A stretch of DNA of 24,292 nt from a virus (IMGVR_UViG_3300044657_000762:1-24292), one strand, 5' to 3'; shown: positions 17,277-23,960, counted from the stretch's first letter. Numbers and translations: made by a program. Notes: generated by a model from the letters alone, not told the origin.

Positions 17277-18169
17277 ATCCCAATCGATTTGCGGTAGTTG
17301 TTCACTGTCCATTCCAATCCCTTTCGTAGTGTTGTTAGTTGCCATGTTTCCGGTCCTCCCATAACCTTGACCGGTGTGCCAACAGGCTTGCCCGATTGCC
17401 ATCGGATCTTGCCCGTAAATTCCGTGATCTCTGCCAATGTGTAGACCAAGTATCTGATCGACGTAGCATGCCCACTGCCCACGTTGCGAAGTGAAAACCA
17501 TTCAGGTTTCTCCATCAGCTCGATAGCCGCTTCTGCCAAGTCGTCCACATACAAAAACTCACGCTTGGCGTCTCCATTACCCCATACCTCAACCTCCCCG
17601 TCCTTCGGTGCTTCCACAAACTTCCGAACCAATGCCGCAACCACATGGGAGTTTCGTGGATGGTAGTTGTCCCCAGGGCCATACAGATTGCACGGCATCA
17701 CTGCCCGAAAGTCACATCCATACTGGTCATGATAATACGTAGCCAACCTGCAAGCTGTCGCTTTAGCTAACCCATACGCCTCGTTGCTCGGTTCAATCGG
17801 GCCTGTAAGCAAGTCGCTCGGGATTGCCCCATCAGCCTTCGATACCGGATACGCACACGATGAACCGAAATACATCAGACGTGGAACGTCGGTGAGGCAA
17901 GCAGAACGCATGACATTCATGGCCATTCGCATGTTCTGCGTGAAGAACTCCGTCGGACTGTCCAGATTGGCTTGAATGCCTCCTACCAATCCAGCTGCCA
18001 TGTAGACCCTTTTGGGATTGTGGTCTCGGAAATAGGTCCAGACTTGGTGGCTGTCGATAAGGTTTAGTTCTTCGTGGCTTGGGAGAAGTAGCTCCGTGTT
18101 TTGTTGCTTGAGGCGTCGTGTCAAGGCACTGCCCACCATGCCCGTGGATCCTAAGATAAGTGTTCGCAT
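17273..18169 (-). CDS. fcl: GDP-L-fucose synthase (GDP-4-keto-6-deoxymannose epimerase/reductase)
   Basis: Rossmann motif GSTGMVG, AAGLVGGIQAN, GSSCAYP, catalytic YGLAK, PCNLYGPGDNY..NSHV and WG.G...REFLYVDD. ATG at 18169. Confidence 0.93.
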   Translation of the reverse strand: MRTLILGSTGMVGSALTRRLKQQNTELLLPSHEELNLIDSHQVWTYFRDHNPKRVYMAAGLVGGIQANLDSPTEFFTQNMRMAMNVMRSACLTDVPRLMYFGSSCAYPVSKADGAIPSDLLTGPIEPSNEAYGLAKATACRLATYYHDQYGCDFRAVMPCNLYGPGDNYHPRNSHVVAALVRKFVEAPKDGEVEVWGNGDAKREFLYVDDLAEAAIELMEKPEWFSLRNVGSGHATSIRYLVYTLAEITEFTGKIRWQSGKPVGTPVKVMGGPETWQLTTLRKGLEWTVNNYRKSIGM

Positions 18170-18176
18170 TGGGGAC

Positions 18177-18206
18177 AATAGACCACGGGTCTGGTATTTT
18201 TGTCAA
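18177..18206 (-). promoter_or_regulatory. Possible promoter for the fcl-ssb operon (near-leaderless)
   Basis: Perfect TTGACA (18206-18201) with an AT-rich upstream tract. The -10 is weak (TGgTCTATT). Confidence 0.4.
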
Positions 18207-18372
18207 ACAAATATATTGAAAATAGGAAAAAATCTCACGGGGGGTGTATTAACATTGATACCATCGAAAGGGGGGCGATGGGTATGGCTCAGAGGATAAA
18301 AATAATTTGACCACCCCCCCCCACCCCATTGCGTTTTCTTTTCAAAAGAATGTGAGCCCTGGCTGTAAATGT

Positions 18373-18846
18373 TTAACCTTCAAGGACTTGCGTGTCTTGG
18401 TCTTTTGCGCTGGGCGTAGCTAGGACATTTGAAATATGAGTTACGTTCAGTGTGCGTGGTGTATCCTGACTGCCCATGCCTAAAAGCTTTTGAACCTTTT
18501 CAACTATTTGTAACCCTTTCAACTGCAAATCACTACGCTGTATCATGCTTGGCACATCATCAGGAATCGGTGTGGTTTGCAGTCGCTTTAGCACGTTGCC
18601 AGCATCCGTAAACATTTTTAACGCATATGAATCCAGACGATTGTGCAAAGAGGCGTTTTCATCCGTCAGGATCTCATTCTTGCGACCAATAACTTGAGAA
18701 TATGCAGGATCTCGTTTCGATAATGATAACAATTTGGAGCGAATCGAAGACGGACGCACGTCAAAATAACGAGCGATTTCAGATTGTTTTAATCCTTTTT
18801 GAACCAGTTCTAGAAGAACATCATCGTTAACCTTGGACATTGCCAT
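18373..18846 (-). CDS. HTH DNA-binding protein, probable terminase small subunit, 157 aa
   Basis: N-terminal HTH (GLKQSEIARYFDVRPSSIRSKL), two central helices and a C-terminal beta-like TLNVTHI. This is TerS-like architecture, next to a G/C-tract region. Confidence 0.5.
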   Translation of the reverse strand: MAMSKVNDDVLLELVQKGLKQSEIARYFDVRPSSIRSKLLSLSKRDPAYSQVIGRKNEILTDENASLHNRLDSYALKMFTDAGNVLKRLQTTPIPDDVPSMIQRSDLQLKGLQIVEKVQKLLGMGSQDTPRTLNVTHISNVLATPSAKDQDTQVLEG

Positions 18847-18940
18847 AAGTTGAATTTGTCACACAAAACATAATCAGGCGAGGATATAAATGTTAGGCTA
18901 ATCTAACTTTGGAAGGCTCGTCTATTATGTATAGACGCAT

Positions 18941-18981
18941 CAAGCAATGTTACCCAGGACAAGCAATGTTACCCAGGACAA
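18941..18981. repeat. Perfect 19-bp tandem direct repeat CAAGCAATGTTACCCAGGA x2 (+CAA)
   Basis: Directly visible and intergenic. Confidence 0.9.
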
Positions 18982-19028
18982 ACATTGGGAGCAAAAAAAT
19001 ACAGGCAACATTGCCCGTATATGCGCAT

Positions 19029-19056
19029 AAAAAAACCGACCTGCAAAGGTCGGTTT
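19029..19056 (-). terminator. Intrinsic terminator downstream of 19149-19826
   Basis: Stem AAACCGACCT-gcaa-AGGTCGGTTT, with a 7-U tail on the minus strand. Confidence 0.85.
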
Positions 19057-19148
19057 GTGGTGGTTTGGATTGGCTTAGATTATGGCTGCAAGAATCCAAA
19101 TTGCCACAAAGGCGAATGCTGCCAAGATGGCGCACAAAATATCTTTGA

Positions 19149-19826
19149 TCATACGGAAATAGCCTTTGTTGCCGATTTGGTTTGATACCCGTGAACGGGT
19201 ATAGAGATAGATCGTGCTCGTTTACTAGTGCCAGAACACAATTGACATTGTGAGCATGTGACGCCACGCGATGAAGGGCAATCTGTCAACCCGTCTGGTA
19301 TGGGGCCAGACGGTGAACGAGTGACAAATGCACGAAACCCTTTTGACAATGCTTCGTGCATGTTTGAAGGCTCACAAGATGCCATGAAATAATGAGCGTA
19401 TTTTTTAGCCTTGGATTGGCTCATTTGGTGCCAGTCATGGAAGTACCCAGTCCAACCGCTTGCATTGTCTGCAATTAATTTGACAAGGGGCAAAGGAATC
19501 ATCGACGGATTGCCATAGGCTCCAAAGCGGACAAATTTGCCTTTGACAAGGTCAACAATTTGTTGCCTGTTTTTTGCCCTTGGTTTTTTACCAGCCCAAG
19601 CGGCGCGTTGGATTGCATCGACGTAATAACTACCAACGTAACAACCATTATTGCTGGCAAGCGGACACCCTTGACATTGGTTTTTGGAGTCGTTGCCATT
19701 GCGTCTCGATTCAGTGACCAATTCAGACCTAGGCACAATCCATATCTGAATTGCTTTGCCTATCTTCCTATTGCCACTTTTTTCGGTAGCAATAACCTGA
19801 ATGGAATTTGTTTCGTGAAGTATCAT
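19149..19826 (-). CDS. Cys-rich conserved phage protein (possibly Gp88-like, Fe-S/metal binding), 225 aa
   Basis: Motifs S.NRKIG, CQGCP-x5-CYV, VRFGAYGNP, WTGYFH.W, MASCE and C-terminal CP-x5-CxxCxxC. The family assignment is from memory only. Confidence 0.6.
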   Translation of the reverse strand: MILHETNSIQVIATEKSGNRKIGKAIQIWIVPRSELVTESRRNGNDSKNQCQGCPLASNNGCYVGSYYVDAIQRAAWAGKKPRAKNRQQIVDLVKGKFVRFGAYGNPSMIPLPLVKLIADNASGWTGYFHDWHQMSQSKAKKYAHYFMASCEPSNMHEALSKGFRAFVTRSPSGPIPDGLTDCPSSRGVTCSQCQLCSGTSKRARSISIPVHGYQTKSATKAISV

Positions 19827-19875
19827 ATAGGTTTTAGGATTGCGAGGGCAAACGGTATGCCCTCAATTCACGCCA

Positions 19876-19904
19876 AACCTACGCCACCAAGTCAAATTTG
19901 TCAA
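19876..19904 (-). promoter_or_regulatory. sigma70-like promoter for 19149-19826
   Basis: TTGACA-17 nt-TAGGTT on the minus strand with an AT-rich upstream region. Confidence 0.65.
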
Positions 19905-20016
19905 ACAATTATTTTAGGCCCATTCCAATCACCACCAAGCACTTACACATAATACACCCAATAACCAGCAGCAGCAGCGTTACATACTGAGGGGCAGAGT
20001 GTTATATTTAATGCGC

Positions 20017-20065
20017 TAAAAAAGAAAAAAAACATGTTGACCAGCAGCAAAAACCGTGAGACCTT
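20017..20065 (+). promoter_or_regulatory. Possible promoter of the plus-strand early operon
   Basis: A-tract UP-like element, TTGACC at 20037, and a 17-nt spacer ending TGa before an imperfect -10 (GACCTT). Confidence 0.4.
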
Positions 20066-20101
20066 AAAAACGTCGAACATTTAACCGATACAAAAACCGA
20101 A

Positions 20102-20650
20102 ATGAAAACAGAACAAAACCTAAATGAAGCGGCAGCGATTCTCGCGTGCCTACAAGGCAAACAACAACCCCCGACAAACCCCATAGTGACATGGGATGGG
20201 GTGCTTAGATTAACAAGCGCAACCCACCCCCTCGGGTCCACAGAGTTAATCCTGTTTGATGGGATGGACGGGTTTGGAGACGGCTGGAAAGAGGCGTCAC
20301 CGGAGGATGTACTGGATTGCATCCAAGACACCTGCGAGCCGTATTGGACGCAGATACAAGCGGACCTCCAGATCGAGCCTCGGCGGGACGGCAACTACTC
20401 CCTGAGCGTCCGCTCTGCTCAATACATAGCAGAGCAGGGTTTCGTGATAGCATGGGAGGATTACCATACAATCATACGCACAGTCCACGCCCATATAGGA
20501 GTCGGGGACTATGACTACAATGACACCGATGCATGGCTCGTCCTGACACCCGAACAGGTGGAGACAGAGCATTACCCTCTGGCTGTCGCCATAAACTACA
20601 CTCAATACAACAACAACGGATTAGTAGAGGAGGCATCGGAATTGTTATGA
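20102..20650 (+). CDS. Acidic hypothetical protein, 182 aa
   Basis: First gene of the plus-strand operon. D/E-rich and K-poor, with an ATGA overlap with the next gene. Confidence 0.8.
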   Translation: MKTEQNLNEAAAILACLQGKQQPPTNPIVTWDGVLRLTSATHPLGSTELILFDGMDGFGDGWKEASPEDVLDCIQDTCEPYWTQIQADLQIEPRRDGNYSLSVRSAQYIAEQGFVIAWEDYHTIIRTVHAHIGVGDYDYNDTDAWLVLTPEQVETEHYPLAVAINYTQYNNNGLVEEASELL

Positions 20651-20916
20651 AAACTGAAATAATACTATTCAATTTCGGCGAACTGGAATTACCAGTCGAG
20701 GCACTCGAAGACTGTCACCATCAAGGCCGATGCGATGATGACGTAGAATACTGGGTAGATCAGATTGACTGGGATAGTCAGACTATGAGTCCTGACCAAA
20801 TCAGGTCTGAACTGGAAGGGCATGGCGCATGGGATGACGACGAACTTGCCGATGAAGACGCTAACAGACGCCGGATTTTGTGGATTGCAGCAGGGGATTA
20901 CCAAGACTCCCAGTAA
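20647..20916 (+). CDS. Very acidic small protein, 89 aa (DNA-mimic candidate)
   Basis: ATG 20647 in an ATGA overlap. About 25 D/E versus 6 K/R by hand count. Confidence 0.8.
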   Translation: MKTEIILFNFGELELPVEALEDCHHQGRCDDDVEYWVDQIDWDSQTMSPDQIRSELEGHGAWDDDELADEDANRRRILWIAAGDYQDSQ

Positions 20917-20924
20917 CCAAACCC

Positions 20925-20944
20925 AACCCACATGCGTGGGTTTT
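20925..20944 (+). terminator. Short terminator-like hairpin
   Basis: AACCCAC-atgc-GTGGGTT-TT just after the stop at 20916. Confidence 0.5.
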
Positions 20945-20986
20945 CCTATCAGGCACTAATTAAGGTGACTGATCACGAAAACCTAT

Positions 20987-21277
20987 ATGAACCTAAAAAC
21001 AACATACACAGAGTGGCTGGATTACTGCAAACTAGCGGCGGACGAGATCCAGAGTGAGGAACAAGTATTTGAACAAGCGGCGGGATCTATGTGGCTCAAC
21101 TATGGGAGAAAATGGGAGCTGGTCTTCGCAGTCCGCGAGTGGGAGCCAGAACTATTCGACCAATCATCCTCAGAGGTAGCGGACTGGGGTCTGCAACCCA
21201 CTCCTGATGACTGTATACGCGCCATGGCACTGTCCATGACGAGCACCAAAATCGAACAAATATGGGACGCACGATGA
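20987..21277 (+). CDS. Ocr-like (T7 gp0.3-like) anti-restriction candidate, 96 aa
   Basis: Acidic and helical. DWGLQPTPDDCIRAM resembles T7 Ocr DSGLMPDTKDVIRIL (recalled sequence), and the N-terminal TY..W.D is similarly placed. Confidence 0.45.
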   Translation: MNLKTTYTEWLDYCKLAADEIQSEEQVFEQAAGSMWLNYGRKWELVFAVREWEPELFDQSSSEVADWGLQPTPDDCIRAMALSMTSTKIEQIWDAR

Positions 21278-21450
21278 AAACACGATTGAAACACCCCGGC
21301 TGGAAACCACTACCAGAACAAACCGAATGGAACCAAGCAACCCAAGCGGGTCCGCTTTGGGACCGTTACTGCAACTACGTGGACGCCATGGAGGAAATCG
21401 GCGCACCCCACGACAAGATAAAAACCTTCGACCAATGGATAAACTCATGA
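21274..21450 (+). CDS. Hypothetical protein, 58 aa
   Basis: ATGA overlaps at both ends. Ends with KTFDQWINS. Confidence 0.7.
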   Translation: MKTRLKHPGWKPLPEQTEWNQATQAGPLWDRYCNYVDAMEEIGAPHDKIKTFDQWINS

Positions 21451-21743
21451 AAACAGCAGATTACAGACGTGAAGCACATGAATACGTAAAAACACTCAAC
21501 CACTACCAAAAGCACGCACTACTCATCGAGTTGAGCAATGAGGTCGGAATCATGATCGAGTCCGAAGAGGCAAACATCCTCCTACCAGCGGAGCAAGTCC
21601 TATCTTACATAGACCTTAACCCGTTCACGATCATATGCGCCCTTGACGACCAAGAGACCGTATGCTGGCAGTCAAAGTTCGCAGAATCACCAAAACTTAA
21701 CATCAACGGTAACCTCAAAAGAGGAAGGAAGAAAAACTCATGA
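21447..21743 (+). CDS. Hypothetical protein, 98 aa
   Basis: ATG 21447 in an ATGA overlap. Confidence 0.7.
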   Translation: MKTADYRREAHEYVKTLNHYQKHALLIELSNEVGIMIESEEANILLPAEQVLSYIDLNPFTIICALDDQETVCWQSKFAESPKLNINGNLKRGRKKNS

Positions 21744-21928
21744 ACAAAACAGAAAGACAAGCGGTATCAACCGCATACGCATTGGCCCTGATGGGCGCAC
21801 AAATGGACTCCGTCAAGGATCTGAAACAGGTAGCAGCCGCAATTGCCCATAACCTGGAAACCCACATGGATTCCAACATGGCAGAGGCAGCATACAATCA
21901 GTTCACGGGGCAGGGAGATGAAAAGTAA
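21740..21928 (+). CDS. Hypothetical protein, 62 aa
   Basis: ATGA overlap and helical composition. Confidence 0.65.
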   Translation: MNKTERQAVSTAYALALMGAQMDSVKDLKQVAAAIAHNLETHMDSNMAEAAYNQFTGQGDEK

Positions 21929-22079
21929 AGTGGACAAAATTGGCTCCAGATTTGTCCAATTGACAATTGGACTGATATGCGCCTCCCCAACAGCCAAAGC
22001 TGGGAGCGTAAAGGCAAGCCTGATCGAAACAAGGACGACAAATGAAGATACTGAATTCAATTCCATTCAAGAAATTTAA
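21918..22079 (+). CDS. Possible hypothetical protein, 53 aa
   Basis: ATG 21918 overlaps the previous gene end and fills the gap in the operon. Confidence 0.4.
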   Translation: MKSKVDKIGSRFVQLTIGLICASPTAKAGSVKASLIETRTTNEDTEFNSIQEI

Positions 22080-22236
22080 AATGCCTGTGGGAAAACTCAC
22101 TGTCAAATGGGTCTCTAGCAGGAACGTGTATCAGTGTTATATAGGCGGAAGATATGTAGCCGCCGCATCAGGTGACACTAGAGAAGATGCCATTCTGGGA
22201 CTCCACAAGATTTATGAAAAACAACTACACAGTTAA
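22042..22236 (+). CDS. Hypothetical protein, 64 aa
   Basis: Co-oriented ORF filling the operon before the Mom-like gene. Confidence 0.55.
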   Translation: MKILNSIPFKKFKMPVGKLTVKWVSSRNVYQCYIGGRYVAAASGDTREDAILGLHKIYEKQLHS

Positions 22237-22837
22237 ACCTATCACTAGGATGGATTGCACCCCATACATAATGGAACGGCACTATGCAAAGAGGTTCCCT
22301 TCTGTCAGCTATGCATACGGGTTGTTTTTGAGGGGGGATTTAGTGGGATGCGTGACATTTGGATCACCCGCATGTTCACCTGTCAGGAAAGGTATAGCCG
22401 GGCAAGGAAACGCCAAGGATGTCATTGAACTAAACCGTCTATGTCTAAAAGATAACCGTAAGAATGAAGCAAGTATGCTTGTTACAAAGGCAATCAAACT
22501 ACTCCCAAAACCTAAGATCATCATCAGCTATTCTGACACAGCCCAAGGTCATCAAGGAACAGTTTACCAAGCATGTAATTTTATCTACTTGGGACTGTCA
22601 GCGAAGCGCACAGATTGGAAAATTGCAGGTATGGAACACCTCCATAACCAAACAATCATTGATGAGTTTAGAGGGGTTAAAAATAGAGGGAAAGCGGTAA
22701 GGGAAAAATATGGAGATGCATTCCAATTGGTTCCTCGTCCTCGCAAACATAGATACGTTTTACTGCACGGGTCAAAAGGGTGGAAGAAAAGAGTGATGAG
22801 CGAAATCAAATATAAAACAGAGCAATACCCAAAATGA
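22214..22837 (+). CDS. Mom-like DNA base-modifying GNAT protein (likely start ATG 22214)
   Basis: I...HY.K..P....GLF....LVG.VTFG.P, ELNRL.L...NEAS, ISYSD..QGH.GTVYQACNFIY.G and KHRY match the signature of the phage Mu Mom family. Confidence 0.8.
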   Translation: MKNNYTVKPITRMDCTPYIMERHYAKRFPSVSYAYGLFLRGDLVGCVTFGSPACSPVRKGIAGQGNAKDVIELNRLCLKDNRKNEASMLVTKAIKLLPKPKIIISYSDTAQGHQGTVYQACNFIYLGLSAKRTDWKIAGMEHLHNQTIIDEFRGVKNRGKAVREKYGDAFQLVPRPRKHRYVLLHGSKGWKKRVMSEIKYKTEQYPK

Positions 22838-23241
22838 AATCACTCATCCTATACCTCATACTCGCCACACAAGCCAAAGCTGGGATCGTCGCTCTGACGA
22901 TCCTGGCCGAGGCCAGAGGCGAAGGCCCGGATGGAATGACCGCAGTAGCAGCATGCATATACCAGCGGTCCATCAACCGGAAAATAACACCAGAGCAGGT
23001 CTGCCTTCAACGCAAGCAGTTCTCTTGTTGGAACGGCAAGACCGAAGCGGATCTGTCGCACCTACTGAAACTACCCCAAGCCAAAACAGCACTGTGGCTC
23101 GAAGCAAACCTACACAGGCTCAACCGAGCCAAAATAGGCTACGCTGACCATTACCACGCGGACTACGTCAAGCCGTATTGGGCAGACAAATCCAAAAAAA
23201 CATTTACCATAGGCAAACACATCTTCTACCGTCTTAATTGA
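22834..23241 (+). CDS. SleB-like cell wall hydrolase (Hydrolase_2) with N-terminal signal peptide
   Basis: ALTILAEARGEG..GM.AVA (catalytic Glu), QFSCWN, ADHYHA..VKPYWA and IGKHIFY. N-terminus MKSLILYLILATQAKA. Confidence 0.9.
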   Translation: MKSLILYLILATQAKAGIVALTILAEARGEGPDGMTAVAACIYQRSINRKITPEQVCLQRKQFSCWNGKTEADLSHLLKLPQAKTALWLEANLHRLNRAKIGYADHYHADYVKPYWADKSKKTFTIGKHIFYRLN

Positions 23242-23244
23242 CAG

Positions 23245-23343
23245 GTAGCGTCTGGGGGAGTGCCGGTCAGTTCGCTGACTACGACTCACGCCGAGGTTCT
23301 GAATACATCCTCCGCGAATAGCTTTGCAACCTATCCCCAGACG
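23245..23343. ncRNA. Putative structured RNA, copy 1 of a tandem pair (strand unresolved, minus favoured)
   Basis: Closing stem CGTCTGGGG/CCCCAGACG encloses three arms: GAGT..GTCAG-TTCG-CTGAC..ACTC, CGC.GAGG-var-CCTC.GCG and ATAG-CTTTGCAAC-CTAT. Confidence 0.65.
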
Positions 23344-23365
23344 ATTACATTCCTACCGATGACAT

Positions 23366-23467
23366 GTAGCGTCTGGGGGAGTGCCGGTCTCACGACTACG
23401 ACTCACGCCGAGGTTTTTCTAGCATTAGGTTCCCCTCCGCGAATGGCCTTGCAACCCATCCCCAGAC
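23366..23467. ncRNA. Putative structured RNA, copy 2 of a tandem pair
   Basis: Same scaffold 121 nt downstream. The third stem is ATGG/CCAT (compensatory versus ATAG/CTAT), and the length changes are confined to arm tips. Confidence 0.65.
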
Positions 23468-23505
23468 ACTTGCCTTCCCAAAATATATATGTTAAACAAA
23501 CCCAC

Positions 23506-23694
23506 ATGGGACGTTTAAAAAAAGAAATTACCCGAAGTGCACGAATCGGACTCCGAATCACTGAAAATCAGAAAACCTTATGGCAAGAAGCAGCAGATCA
23601 AGAAGATTTGACTCTAAGCAAGTGGATTGCAAAGACATGCGATCAGTTTATGTCGCCAGTCCATACACAATCGGACCCTGTGCGCGTAATGTAA
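23506..23694 (+). CDS. Ribbon-helix-helix DNA-binding protein, 62 aa (likely start ATG 23506)
   Basis: RSARIGLRITENQK..WQEAA....LTLSKWI matches the RHH (DUF1778/CopG-like) pattern. Confidence 0.75.
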   Translation: MGRLKKEITRSARIGLRITENQKTLWQEAADQEDLTLSKWIAKTCDQFMSPVHTQSDPVRVM

Positions 23695-23960
23695 GCACGC
23701 AGATCGACGCATTTCATAGGCTCATGGACATGGGCCTACTCCCATTCGCACCTCTCCTGACCCATTACGCCGAAATCCACCGCCAAAGACCTTGGGAGGA
23801 CTGGATCCACAACTACTGCCTACCATGGGTCAGTAAATGTGACATGGTCCTCCGACTGGAGGGACTCTCCATCGGAGGCGACATGGAGGTGAAGCAAGCT
23901 CACCGACTCAACAAACCCGTTTATTTCGGCTGGCAGGATTTGGAAGATAGTTTAGGGTAG
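23637..23960 (+). CDS. Nucleoside 2-deoxyribosyltransferase-like fold protein (DUF4406/DUF1937-like; likely start ATG 23637)
   Basis: Motifs VYVASPY, G..PFAP, CD.VLRL.G.S.G.D.E...A....KPV. Confidence 0.75.
   Translation: MRSVYVASPYTIGPCARNVSTQIDAFHRLMDMGLLPFAPLLTHYAEIHRQRPWEDWIHNYCLPWVSKCDMVLRLEGLSIGGDMEVKQAHRLNKPVYFGWQDLEDSLG

Noticed and set aside
23245-23467. CRISPR mini-array or tRNA genes
   Set aside because: There are only two ~100-nt units with internal variable parts, not a repeat-spacer layout. There is no D-arm, 7-nt anticodon loop, TTCRA loop or CCA.
23366-23467. Twister-sister ribozyme (minus strand has GCAAGGCC...GGCACUC)
   Set aside because: It lacks the C-A cleavage dinucleotide and a separate UGCAAG-type loop, and that pairing conflicts with the covarying ATGG/CCAT stem. 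Kept only as a reason to test self-cleavage.
23260-23505. N-terminal extension of the 144-aa ORF with repeated LTTTHAEV
   Set aside because: It is a by-product of the RNA-like duplication. The RHH domain has its own ATG at 23506.
22214-23694. GNAT + RHH toxin-antitoxin pair (TacAT-like)
   Set aside because: The genes are not adjacent and are in the wrong order, and the GNAT has Mom-family motifs.
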